A DNA stretch of 64,000 nucleotides from positions 1-64,000 of IMG/VR virus record IMGVR_UViG_3300025000_000063, one strand, 5' to 3'. Positions 52,673 to 62,035 of the stretch are shown here, one piece after another (within the stretch, counting starts at the first letter, position 1; each line of letters begins with the position of its first letter). A program made the translations under genes and the position numbers. The notes under the pieces are model-generated. The model saw only the letters and a list, made by a program, of their open reading frames with translations, ran no database searches and was not told the origin of the DNA. The DNA comes from a virus. Taxonomy: Duplodnaviria; Heunggongvirae; Uroviricota; Caudoviricetes.

Positions 52673-53143
52673 TTAACCAGAAACGACGCTCTGGGCGTTT
52701 AAGTTTTTTTCAATGGCGTCCTCGTCTTCTTTTGTTACGCCAGAAGCCGCTCTCAGTGCCTCCTGAAGCCGGTTGATGACTGCGGCTGACTTATCCCCTA
52801 AAGCGTCGATATCCGATTCTTTGAAGATAAGAACCTTTCCTTCCGGGTCTGCGCAAAGCATTTTAACCAGTAAAGAAGCGGAAAGGTTTTTCACAGTCAC
52901 TTTACCAGGGGTTCCGTCTGCTGATTCCTGTGCATCTTTATTCAAGAAAAAATAGGACGCTTGCCAGTCGTCACGTTCTTTTGCGGTCATTGAACGCACA
53001 TACACAGTAACCCCGCCCCATTCCGGAACAACCTGGGGGATCACAGGCAAATCATTCGCCTGTAAAATGATGTTTCTGAGTTCTTCTGCTGTTAGAAAGG
53101 TTGCTGCTGTAGGAGCCTGATTGGTTCCGTTGATTTCAGTCAT
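52673..53143 (-). CDS. tail assembly chaperone gpG-like
   Basis: Located between the major tail protein and the tape measure. It ends 20 codons past the canonical slippery site. Confidence 0.6.
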   Translation of the reverse strand: MTEINGTNQAPTAATFLTAEELRNIILQANDLPVIPQVVPEWGGVTVYVRSMTAKERDDWQASYFFLNKDAQESADGTPGKVTVKNLSASLLVKMLCADPEGKVLIFKESDIDALGDKSAAVINRLQEALRAASGVTKEDEDAIEKNLNAQSVVSG

Positions 53144-53255
53144 TTTGTTTTCTCCTGTTCAATTTGTTAAATTTGTTTAATTTGGTGAACCTTTGATTAG
53201 GTTTTCTTTTTATCTTTTAATTACATTTCATACGTCTGACAATTGGTAATACCGG

Positions 53256-53690
53256 TTATGCGTGTGTCACTGTGCCCGATCCGGAATTAACTGTCACCGG
53301 GCCTGAAATCTTAACCGTTACATTGATACTCATGGGGCCTTCAGGGATTGTCAACGGGAGATCCGTCACAAACCCAGAGAACTCCAATGTTGTATGGTCA
53401 TCATCGGGGAGGATAATCTCAAAGTCAACCAAATCATCCGAATTGAAATTAGCCAGGGCGGCATCAAAGTCAGCCCTGTTAAACCACATCGTAAACTGGA
53501 GGGTGCCTGGGTCTTTCAATCCAACAATAAATTCCCGAAATCCACCTGTACTTGCCAAACTTGTGACATCATGCGTTGCTTTGGTCATTGACGGGCCAGT
53601 AATGTTTGTCACTTCCCCAAAACTTACCCAAGCTGCTCCACTGTAATACCTTACAAGAGCACCAACGCCACTTTTTGCTTCTGAAGCCAT
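53256..53690 (-). CDS. major tail protein (144 aa)
   Basis: Position immediately upstream of the G/GT pair. Size is typical of siphovirus major tail proteins. Confidence 0.5.
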   Translation of the reverse strand: MASEAKSGVGALVRYYSGAAWVSFGEVTNITGPSMTKATHDVTSLASTGGFREFIVGLKDPGTLQFTMWFNRADFDAALANFNSDDLVDFEIILPDDDHTTLEFSGFVTDLPLTIPEGPMSINVTVKISGPVTVNSGSGTVTHA

Positions 53691-53731
53691 TATATTCTCC
53701 TTACATTATATAGTGCTTGTGCACAGTTGTG

Positions 53732-54133
53732 TTAATTCCCAGACCGCCAAATACTGAAATTCAGTGTCCAAGAATGCCTATTTTTTTCATCTTGCCCAAT
53801 ATATAAAATATCGGAGCGAGTTTCAATCTGGATGTATCTTGTCCCATTCCAGATTTCCCCATTTCTTGCTTGATGCAAATAGTATTTAATGTCCCGAATT
53901 AAACGGTACCCAGTTAAATAATCAATATTTCTGACACGGACTTGTACATTTGGCCGTTCTAATGCATACTGTAACTGAGGTAATCCTCCAGTATCATACA
54001 AACATACAGCATTATGCGGCATATCAGGCAAAGAGGACAAAAATAAATTGGTACCAAAAGTCAACACCAGTCCAGAATTTGAATTATCCAACATGTCTTT
54101 CAAATCTAAACTGGGTGGATTTACTTGACTCAT
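53732..54133 (-). CDS. head-tail joining / tail completion protein
   Basis: Position only. Confidence 0.4.
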   Translation of the reverse strand: MSQVNPPSLDLKDMLDNSNSGLVLTFGTNLFLSSLPDMPHNAVCLYDTGGLPQLQYALERPNVQVRVRNIDYLTGYRLIRDIKYYLHQARNGEIWNGTRYIQIETRSDILYIGQDEKNRHSWTLNFSIWRSGN

Positions 54134-54549
54134 ACTTTTGCCTCTTTCTGTATCATTTCCAATATAGATTTTGCATTCCTGTCTAAAGCACTTTCCAAAA
54201 ACTTTGCCCCGGAACCGGGCCTCTGAAAAGTAACATTTACTGCTTCATGCACTTTCACAGCATAATTAGCGGAGAAACCTAAAGCTACGTAAGGGCCAGG
54301 GACTGCTTGTTTTGGTACTCCTGGATTCGAACCATCCCGCGTATCACCATTACTGGTAACCAAAAAATAACTGGAGCGCAAGTTCCCAGTGTCTACTGGT
54401 ATTTTAGGCTTCGTTTGTTCCATATCCCTACGGACAATTATTGCTGCCCGGATTAACCCTTTTAGAGTTTTACCTGGGATAGCGTCTGTGGCTTTTTTTA
54501 ATTTGCCCAAAACGTCATCCAATCCCTTTAAGTATTTTGCTGGATACAT
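54130..54549 (-). CDS. head-tail connector protein (start adjusted to MYPAKY)
   Basis: The internal ATG gives a clean overlap with the upstream gene stop. Confidence 0.4.
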   Translation of the reverse strand: MYPAKYLKGLDDVLGKLKKATDAIPGKTLKGLIRAAIIVRRDMEQTKPKIPVDTGNLRSSYFLVTSNGDTRDGSNPGVPKQAVPGPYVALGFSANYAVKVHEAVNVTFQRPGSGAKFLESALDRNAKSILEMIQKEAKV

Positions 54550-54550
54550 T

Positions 54551-54895
54551 TTATAAAAACACCTTCGAAACAAACGTCCCGCCCTGCAAATCGTATGATT
54601 TATTCCTGCCCCTGACTGGCAAAGCACCTGTAACAAGCATTGGGTCTGCCTTTTGTCCAGCAGATAAAGAAGCTAAACTCCCAAGCCATAAATAATCATC
54701 AAAATCAATAGAAGTTTCTGCGTAAACTACATGTGCACTGACTTCTTCTTTCCCGGTTTGGCTGATAAACAATTTTGAGCTTTCTTGCCAACGGACATCT
54801 AATAAAACAGCAGTGTTGTACGTAATCTTTCCGTATCCATCAGTGGTATTTTTAGACCACAAAACTGCTGCTTGATTTAATGCCCCGCTTAACAT
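54551..54895 (-). CDS. head-tail connector protein (114 aa)
   Basis: Position only. Confidence 0.4.
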   Translation of the reverse strand: MLSGALNQAAVLWSKNTTDGYGKITYNTAVLLDVRWQESSKLFISQTGKEEVSAHVVYAETSIDFDDYLWLGSLASLSAGQKADPMLVTGALPVRGRNKSYDLQGGTFVSKVFL

Positions 54896-55297
54896 CTAAA
54901 GGACCTCACTGTCATCAAATGATGGTATAGCTTCAATCTTTGCTGTACTTTTCCCGGTATCCACCAAAATACCGGTATAATCTAACTGAGCTACAATCAC
55001 ACCATACGTCGTTGCTTTTAAACCCTCACCAAGCTTCGCGTAACTTTCAGATGCGTCACCAACGGATTTATTTTGTACCTGTCTTTTAACCGTGGTATAA
55101 AGGAGGTGGGCAGTTAAAAACTGCTCGATCTGCTCCAGTAAAGTGTCATCCATACCAGAGGTTGCAACGGTATTGTCAACCATAGTGGAGGCAAGCACGA
55201 TAAAAGCATCAATCACAATTGAGGAAATTGTATCCGGGATAATTGCCTGAACCTCTACATGATTTGTTCTGCTCATTTGTTCCTCCTGGCACGCCAA
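54896..55297 (-). CDS. head-tail connector / head completion protein (133 aa)
   Basis: Position only. Confidence 0.4.
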   Translation of the reverse strand: MACQEEQMSRTNHVEVQAIIPDTISSIVIDAFIVLASTMVDNTVATSGMDDTLLEQIEQFLTAHLLYTTVKRQVQNKSVGDASESYAKLGEGLKATTYGVIVAQLDYTGILVDTGKSTAKIEAIPSFDDSEVL

Positions 55298-55992
55298 AGC
55301 CGTGGCTCAATAAATTCCATAACTGCTTGGCCATTCCACTGCAATCCTGCCCATTCAATGGCATCTTTCAATTCAGAATAATCTGCTTTGACCATCTTTT
55401 CGGGCCAAATTACTTTGGTATTGATCCCTTGATTGATAATCTCATTAAATTTATTTTCGTGAAATTCTACCCAGTAATTCCATCCTTCTTCCGGTTGTTT
55501 AAACCCCATTCTGCGCAGAATATGTGGCTGGTTAAAACTCCGCATAAAAGCAGTTTGCATGCATGAGAATATGATATCCTCTTTTCTCCTGCGAACGATG
55601 ATCCATTTGCTTTCAGGAAAGGCAAAAGCCCAAACAGGCCATAACAAAGACATCTTTGCACATTTGTACATCCAAATGGTTTCCGGGGTCCATCCTTGTT
55701 TTGTAATATTGGCCAAAACCCTCTGCCGTAAATCAAACGGGATCTTCACTTTATTTGTAGGAGGCAATGGAAATTGGCCCAGAGGATCATATCCTAAATC
55801 CCTAAACAAAGGCTTTACAATCTCTTGCCGCAAAGGAAGGTTCTCAAACATCCCCTTCTCATTGTATGCAGACGGGCCTCCGGTATCACCTTTCCAAGCG
55901 CCACACAGGTGGAAACAAGCAGCAACCATAGAAGTTCCAGAACGAGCCGCACCAGTGATTAAGATTGGTTTACTGGAATAGTCTTTTAGCAT
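55273..55992 (-). CDS. sulfotransferase (Stf0 / Sulfotransfer_3-like)
   Basis: PILITGAARSGTSMVAACF is a 5'-PSB-like PAPS-binding P-loop resembling carbohydrate sulfotransferases. Confidence 0.55.
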   Translation of the reverse strand: MLKDYSSKPILITGAARSGTSMVAACFHLCGAWKGDTGGPSAYNEKGMFENLPLRQEIVKPLFRDLGYDPLGQFPLPPTNKVKIPFDLRQRVLANITKQGWTPETIWMYKCAKMSLLWPVWAFAFPESKWIIVRRRKEDIIFSCMQTAFMRSFNQPHILRRMGFKQPEEGWNYWVEFHENKFNEIINQGINTKVIWPEKMVKADYSELKDAIEWAGLQWNGQAVMEFIEPRLWRARRNK

Positions 55993-56381
55993 ACTAAATT
56001 CCTCAAATTCTTCATTTGATATAAAGATAAAGGGTTTTCGTCCTCACCCGGTTCCTCATATTCTGTACCAGGCCACAATGTTCCACCCGGGATATGAATT
56101 AATGCTGCCCCAGGGACTTTTTCAAGCATCATTTGCCGCCATGATTTTTTCGGCATTATTGCTGCTATGATAACATTATTACCTTGCTCCCGGATAAGTG
56201 CTGCAAGACTTGCCATCCTGAATAAATGCTGTTCTCGATCTTGGTCAGAAAATCCTGTGGGATAAATTGCCCGGATAGCGTCACTGTCTAACAGCACAGC
56301 ATCAATATTTTTTGCCAAAGAAGTTGCCAATGTAGTTTTACCCGCACCAGCTTTCCCTGTTATTAAAATAACTTGATTCAT
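55986..56381 (-). CDS. adenylylsulfate (APS) kinase-like P-loop kinase
   Basis: ITGKAGAGKTTLA is Walker A. LLDSDAIRAIYPTGFSDQDREQHLFRMASLAALI resembles the CysC LDGDN[IV]R..L..DLGFS..DR.ENIRR..EVA.L pattern. Confidence 0.55.
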   Translation of the reverse strand: MNQVILITGKAGAGKTTLATSLAKNIDAVLLDSDAIRAIYPTGFSDQDREQHLFRMASLAALIREQGNNVIIAAIMPKKSWRQMMLEKVPGAALIHIPGGTLWPGTEYEEPGEDENPLSLYQMKNLRNLVC

Positions 56382-56448
56382 GCGACTGTCCTCACATTGG
56401 TGAATTCTTTACGCTCTTTGGCAAACAAATCGCTGTTTCTTTTTAGCA

Positions 56449-57204
56449 TTATAAAGTCCTTGCGATCTTGGTAGATAAAAAGGGCAATTCCTTATCCATT
56501 ACTTGATCTAAACGTTCTTTGGAGTAAATAATCTTATTTCGAGTAAATAACTGTGAAAAATTATTGGGCCGGGGCTTCTCGTGCCATTGATGCGTAACTT
56601 GAAGATCATCCCGAAATACAAAAGGGATATTTGAGTAAAAAACCCTATCTCGGAATGAGTCATCATCATACCCATAGCCAATGGTGTATTCCTCGTTAAA
56701 ACCCTTTACCAAATTAAAGTTCTCCCGGGATAAAGCAGTGCAAAAATTCAAAGCCCGGTTTCCGTGGATACTATGTTGATACCATCGTCTAAAAGAGCCA
56801 TCAGGATTGGTTGCTTTGCAAGAACAGATCACATACGCTCCCATGTTCTTTTGAAATTCTGCATCCAGCCCTTTTAAAATATCCACATCGTGCTGACATT
56901 CAGGGCTGCTTAGAATAAGAAAGTCTCCTCTCGCTTCTTTGGCTCCATCATTATAAGCGGTTGCCGGATCATACGCAATCTTTGCACTACAAGGTATAAG
57001 TCGTATTTTAAAGAAAGCATGAAAAGCATCAACCAAGTTCAATAATTCCCTGGTCATCACCAGGGTTTGTTTTTGATCCAGAATAAATAAGATTTCTACA
57101 TCTTCCCTGGTCCCATAAAAAGTAACCAAAGAAACTAAAGTGGCCCTGGTTTGGGGAATCCTATCCAAATAAGGAAATAAAAAAGTATATTTTATGCTTT
57201 GCAT
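56449..57204 (-). CDS. GT-A fold glycosyltransferase (family 2-like)
   Basis: ILSSPECQHD is DxD-like. The C-terminus has GYGYDDDSF. Confidence 0.5.
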   Translation of the reverse strand: MQSIKYTFLFPYLDRIPQTRATLVSLVTFYGTREDVEILFILDQKQTLVMTRELLNLVDAFHAFFKIRLIPCSAKIAYDPATAYNDGAKEARGDFLILSSPECQHDVDILKGLDAEFQKNMGAYVICSCKATNPDGSFRRWYQHSIHGNRALNFCTALSRENFNLVKGFNEEYTIGYGYDDDSFRDRVFYSNIPFVFRDDLQVTHQWHEKPRPNNFSQLFTRNKIIYSKERLDQVMDKELPFLSTKIARTL

Positions 57205-57899
57205 TTTCTTTTATACGCCTTAAAAATAGGAAGATTCCTTTTTTCATCCAACTGAGGGGTATGCCATAAATGGATAACGGAATAAGATAAATTGCGTTTT
57301 ATTTTACATTTATGTATTTTCAGCTTAATATCAAAAACGGTGTCCTCATGACCATAACCGATACATTGTTCCGGAAATCCACCCACCTGAATAAAAACAT
57401 CCTTTTTAATGCAAAAACATCCACCAGAAATTACTGAAGAATCTTGGATTTTGATAGGGTTTTTGACAATTACATCAAATCCCGCGAGGATTACCGCGCT
57501 GGGTATATTTCCTACATAGACAACCTTCCCATAGGGATCAACCACATCATTTTCCTGGATATCTTTGATGGTGGTTAAGTAAACATCTTCTGATACCACC
57601 AGGTCAATATCATGGAAAAACAGAATGGCATACTTAGCGTTCAGGGCACCCAAATTATACAAAAAGGATTTGTAAAATAGCCCTGGATCGTTAACAAAGA
57701 TAACCTCAATACCTTCTTTAAAAAAAGTTTGTTTTACGCCCTGCTCTACCACAATAATTTGTTTTTCAATCGGTAAAGCTTCTATCCGTTTCAAAACAAA
57801 TTTGATGTTTTCTTCCCTGAATTGATCCGCCGCTTTATATGAAAGGATAAAGGAAATCATCACACAAACTCCAAATGGTCGTATTCGGTTGTCATGCAA
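57192..57899 (-). CDS. GT-A fold glycosyltransferase (GT2 / Glyco_transf_7C-like)
   Basis: LFFHDIDL is DxD. GGCFCIKKDVF...GGFPE...GYGHED is a galactosyltransferase-like C-terminal motif. Confidence 0.55.
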   Translation of the reverse strand: MHDNRIRPFGVCVMISFILSYKAADQFREENIKFVLKRIEALPIEKQIIVVEQGVKQTFFKEGIEVIFVNDPGLFYKSFLYNLGALNAKYAILFFHDIDLVVSEDVYLTTIKDIQENDVVDPYGKVVYVGNIPSAVILAGFDVIVKNPIKIQDSSVISGGCFCIKKDVFIQVGGFPEQCIGYGHEDTVFDIKLKIHKCKIKRNLSYSVIHLWHTPQLDEKRNLPIFKAYKRKCKA

Positions 57900-58843
57900 T
57901 CCAAAGCCGTATTATACTCTTGGTAATAGCATCTATAGCAACTGGAACCCTCATAAACTTTCTGAGAAGCAAAATAAGTAGGAATATCCTCAATATGACA
58001 CATCCGCATTTCTTCCGGGAAAACGCCCTGTGTTTCAGGCAAAGCATACTGAACACCACAACAAGGGTAAACAAATCCATCAGGAGCAATCACAGGCTTC
58101 AGTAAACTGATCTTACATTTACTCGTTCCCATGCTGTATTCCTGCCGGGATTGGTAAATGACGATAGAATCATCCACTCCGTATTCTTTCATTAATTCCC
58201 GGATAAAAACCGGCGATGGAACCCGATCAAGGTCAAGGAGATCGCTCACGGCCCTCACGTGGGTGAATCCATGATCGTTTGCAAACTGGACTGCCTTGGC
58301 AAACTTCTGAATTTTAAAATTCCTGGTGACGACATAACTGAATGCCCAATCAATTTTATTCTCTGTGACCAAAGGAAATAAAATGGAAAAGAGTTTGTCT
58401 AAATCCCTGTCATCAGATACACTCACCCGGCACCAAGTCAGGAGTGAAATTTCCTTTAAAATCCTTTCAATGAGATATCCGTTAGTGACAAGCCCTAATT
58501 TAAACCGGGCACCGCTTAAACAACGGATTATCTCAGGTAGATTCGGATGACAGCAAGGTTCCCCACCCCCAGTTATTGTCACAGCCGCTGAACCCAAAGA
58601 ATAAAAGATATCTGAAAGATTTTGCACCTGTTTTAAAGAAAGCTGTTGCGATTTCTCCCTGGCGGAACAAGAACAAAAAGCACAATTCAAATTACATGCA
58701 TTTGTTGGGCACAATTGAAAATGAATTGGTTTGATAAATAAATCATACGTCAAACAAGTCCTGGCAATTCTAAGCAATTTCCCTGGGAGAGTGTTCGCAG
58801 ATGAATATGAAACTACTTTATCAACTGGATTCATTTGTGCCAC
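57860..58843 (-). CDS. radical SAM enzyme with a C-terminal SPASM/twitch-like Cys cluster
   Basis: CPTNACNLNCAFC is CxxxCxxC. ITGGGEP is a SAM-binding motif. The C-terminus has PCCGVQY...C..C...C. Confidence 0.65.
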   Translation of the reverse strand: MAQMNPVDKVVSYSSANTLPGKLLRIARTCLTYDLFIKPIHFQLCPTNACNLNCAFCSCSAREKSQQLSLKQVQNLSDIFYSLGSAAVTITGGGEPCCHPNLPEIIRCLSGARFKLGLVTNGYLIERILKEISLLTWCRVSVSDDRDLDKLFSILFPLVTENKIDWAFSYVVTRNFKIQKFAKAVQFANDHGFTHVRAVSDLLDLDRVPSPVFIRELMKEYGVDDSIVIYQSRQEYSMGTSKCKISLLKPVIAPDGFVYPCCGVQYALPETQGVFPEEMRMCHIEDIPTYFASQKVYEGSSCYRCYYQEYNTALDCMTTEYDHLEFV

Positions 58844-59574
58844 CTATACCCATTCCAAAGTGACGATAATTCCTGGTGAATGATATCGTTCCCATTGTTT
58901 AATTCATGCAGCCTGGGTTCACCAGACCAAGCAATCACAGAAGCTTCATCCGGGATCTTATTGGCCAGATGGATAATTCTTTTACCGACAATGTAGTTTT
59001 CCTGGAGGTGCTCTTGCAGTCTGGGGACGTTATCAACCCCTATTACGGAAGCAATAAAACCCTGGTCTCCGTGCATCCAATTTTCTTGTTTGATGGTCAT
59101 AAATCTTTCAGGGTCTTCAAGGAATAACTCATACACGGGCGAATACTCCCAGAAAGAACCTGCCATAATCCCGCTGGCAAAATTCAGGCTTCCAGGCTTC
59201 CTGAACTTATTGCTGAACCCCCTCAATACAATAAAAGAATGAGAATGAGCTTGCTGGGTAAGTGCGTCGATATTGCCTTTTATGATGGTGTCAAGGTCAA
59301 AATAAACAGAAGGAATTTTGGGCAAGTCCTGCCGAAATAACTCAATCTTGGACCACCAACCCGGCCAACCGTGTTTCAGTTTTTTGGTCTTACATACTTT
59401 TTTGGAAATAAACGCTTCATCATCAGTCAGGCAAAGGAAGGAAATATTTTCAGTAGAATACCGTTGTACTCCTTCCAAAAGACGCAAAACATATTCATCC
59501 GTGTAAGGCCCCCCGGTCTTATACACACATAAAATCTGCGTCTTGGTATTTATGGTCAGACTATCTGTTAACAT
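58831..59574 (-). CDS. putative nucleotide-sugar glycosyltransferase (GT-A-like)
   Basis: CVYKTGGPYTDEYV...FLCLTDD is an N-terminal Rossmann-like region plus DxD. The family assignment is weak. Confidence 0.35.
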   Translation of the reverse strand: MLTDSLTINTKTQILCVYKTGGPYTDEYVLRLLEGVQRYSTENISFLCLTDDEAFISKKVCKTKKLKHGWPGWWSKIELFRQDLPKIPSVYFDLDTIIKGNIDALTQQAHSHSFIVLRGFSNKFRKPGSLNFASGIMAGSFWEYSPVYELFLEDPERFMTIKQENWMHGDQGFIASVIGVDNVPRLQEHLQENYIVGKRIIHLANKIPDEASVIAWSGEPRLHELNNGNDIIHQELSSLWNGYRWHK

Positions 59575-60322
59575 TATTGCTCCTTGCTTTCTTGGTTAGA
59601 GTCAAGGCTTTCTTTAAAGCGGTCTTTAAATCTATCTTTTCAAAACAATCCAAAGCAGAATCAGGCGATACATTCCAGATTTTAACCCCGAGCTTTTCAG
59701 CATCACTGGCGATAAAATGATAATTCTGCATATGGATTTTAAAAGGCACTGGGCTTTCTTTTGTGGGGATACCTTTGTGCAGGTGTTTTATTGTGGGGGT
59801 TTTACCCTTATCCGGGTACCCAGAATGCCAATGAACCCGGCCTCTGGTTTCTTTAAGGTCAATCCCCAAAAGAAATATTTCCCTGCACCCCAAATGGTAT
59901 GCTAAACTGATGGCACCACAAGCGGAATTGTAAGCAACCCAGGACACTTCATTCGGTTTCCTGGTAATGCCGTGTTTATGGCTCTTGTACACGTGATAAA
60001 TGGAAGTAAACATGGGCTCGACGAACTTACCGGCCCCAGAAACTTTAATCCCTCCAAAATCATCATACCAACTCCGGAAGTCACTATACGTGTCGGAATC
60101 ACCAAAAAATGCCACCGGTATTGCATCAGAAACGAAAGCACCTACGTTTACCCCAATGACATGATCACGCATAATTGGCTCCAAGTAAGAACCGAATTCA
60201 TAGTATTCTTCCCGGGTTGTAGGAATAAGGGTTTCAGGCACACCAAATTGATCAGCTACGGAAACCCCTCCGCCCAATATCCAACAATAGCCAGACCATA
60301 TTTGTGGGATAGACCAAAGCAT
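59561..60322 (-). CDS. MAF/DUF115-like (sialyl/nonulosonic-acid-transferase-like) protein
   Basis: YCWILGGGVSV resembles the DUF115/Cst GNGPS nucleotide-sugar motif. This is weak. Confidence 0.3.
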   Translation of the reverse strand: MLWSIPQIWSGYCWILGGGVSVADQFGVPETLIPTTREEYYEFGSYLEPIMRDHVIGVNVGAFVSDAIPVAFFGDSDTYSDFRSWYDDFGGIKVSGAGKFVEPMFTSIYHVYKSHKHGITRKPNEVSWVAYNSACGAISLAYHLGCREIFLLGIDLKETRGRVHWHSGYPDKGKTPTIKHLHKGIPTKESPVPFKIHMQNYHFIASDAEKLGVKIWNVSPDSALDCFEKIDLKTALKKALTLTKKARSNNVNR

Positions 60323-60816
60323 CAGTCGTCGTATTCCTCCTCGTCATCTTCCTTTTCCTCAGGCTCTTTGCCTTTGGTTTCCGTGGATTTCTTCTCAGGT
60401 GGTTCCAGGGGCTCAGGGCCAGTTGGAAGGGATTGGCCTTCTTCCAAAAAAGCTTTTGCGGATGTGGCATCCAATGGGGAGTCGTTAAGGATATCGCCGG
60501 TCAGGATATTAATTACATTCCAGCAGTTCTTGCCGGCAGGTGCCAGCCCTACTTTAATACCGGGGTCTGCCGAGGCTGTAATTTCATCCAAGCAAATAAA
60601 ACTGGAAGCAAACCCTGCTGGGATTTCTTCTGGGTAAGCGAGGAAGATCTCATTTTTACGGACAGGTTGCTTTGTGGCAGAAAAGAAAATGCCGCCGGTC
60701 ACTTTCTTATACCGAAGTTTTTTTCTTTCAGGCACGGGCTTGGGTGCCGGTTTTGCAATTTTAACTTTACGGCCGGGTGTTTGATTATCTCCGGGTTTCT
60801 GTGTGCTTTTTATCAT
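60322..60816 (-). CDS. hypothetical virion-associated protein: Lys/Pro-rich N-terminus, Ig-like middle, acidic C-tail
   Basis: Sits between the major capsid gene and the glyco/sulfo cluster. The C-terminus reads EPEEKEDDEEEYDD. Confidence 0.4.
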   Translation of the reverse strand: MIKSTQKPGDNQTPGRKVKIAKPAPKPVPERKKLRYKKVTGGIFFSATKQPVRKNEIFLAYPEEIPAGFASSFICLDEITASADPGIKVGLAPAGKNCWNVINILTGDILNDSPLDATSAKAFLEEGQSLPTGPEPLEPPEKKSTETKGKEPEEKEDDEEEYDD

Positions 60817-60902
60817 TTGAACCTCTCTTGTTTTATCTTTACAAAATGGGCTTGATTACCCATTGTTAATTAAATACGTGGTATTAAGGGCCTTCACTGA
60901 AA

Positions 60903-61967
60903 CTATGCGGAAAGGACTGTGATACCGCTATTCCCTGCCTGGTCTGCTCTCATCTGGGGCACCTGGATGGCCATAACCTTAAAATGATGGATCATGCCGC
61001 CCTGACTGGACCACTGAATGACTTTGGGGCTGAACCCATTAATCAAACGAACGGTGTCCGATGTCATCTGCGCCAAAATAACTTTGTTCGCAGTGAGTCT
61101 GTCGGCAACCTTAATAGCAGTAAGACCTTCAATCTCCATCAAACGCTGCATAATGGACTTGGGGTACCCGGTTGCATAGTCTTCCGACATCTTTGTCTGA
61201 TATGCCGTAGGAATATAAAGAACCCAGGGGCCATAATGCTTTGCTGTAATGGATGCTTCGATCATGTTCAAAACATCAGCCAGAATGAGTGCGCCGGTTT
61301 TACCAGCAGCATCCCAATTTGCGGAAAGGGTCACTTCATTCTTGGAAGTGAAGGACAGATAGGAATAAATGGTTCCGCCCCCGAACGCATAAGTGGTATT
61401 GGTGAACAGGAGGTCTTCCAGTTTTTCCGTTACTCTGCGGGTGTGTGCTTCAACAATGGTCGTATCAAGGGCATCACCTGAGTTTCTGCTGGCTTCCAGT
61501 GCCCTCTGCCCGATGGTGAAATCAGAATGAATAATGGGGATGGGCAGGTATTTGGTCTGGAAATCAGGCCGGTCGCCTTTACCCTGAGTTGCCCCGTCCA
61601 TGCTCATTGCTGCTTCACCGGGGTCATCCATATCCTGGTATTCAAACACGGTCTTACCCATGGGATTGGTCAGATTGTATGTGAGGCCCCGGCCGAGAAG
61701 ATCAGCAGCACCAACAAGGCGCTCACGGGAAACCTTCTGGACAACTTTATCAATTTCTATCCATTCGTCTCTGAGCAGGGCAGCATTAGCGGTTACCTTT
61801 ACCGCTTTCATTTTGCCGTCAAAGCCTTTCTGGTTAATATATACATGGCCTTTGTGCCAATACGGGCGCATGGCATTCACGTTAAACGATGTCCCCAACA
61901 TGCTTCCGACTTCTGAATCAGAAAATCTTCCGCTCTGAGGATCAACAAAAGTGGTATTCGCTTCCAT
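60903..61967 (-). CDS. major capsid protein (lambda gpE-like, 354 aa)
   Basis: Size and position after a decoration-like gene and a protease/scaffold gene. Highly expressed-type RBS. Confidence 0.55.
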   Translation of the reverse strand: MEANTTFVDPQSGRFSDSEVGSMLGTSFNVNAMRPYWHKGHVYINQKGFDGKMKAVKVTANAALLRDEWIEIDKVVQKVSRERLVGAADLLGRGLTYNLTNPMGKTVFEYQDMDDPGEAAMSMDGATQGKGDRPDFQTKYLPIPIIHSDFTIGQRALEASRNSGDALDTTIVEAHTRRVTEKLEDLLFTNTTYAFGGGTIYSYLSFTSKNEVTLSANWDAAGKTGALILADVLNMIEASITAKHYGPWVLYIPTAYQTKMSEDYATGYPKSIMQRLMEIEGLTAIKVADRLTANKVILAQMTSDTVRLINGFSPKVIQWSSQGGMIHHFKVMAIQVPQMRADQAGNSGITVLSA

Positions 61968-62035
61968 CTATTTTCTCCTTGTACATTTATGTTTCAATTT
62001 AATTTATTCTGTGTCTCAGTAAATCTTACTTTGGA

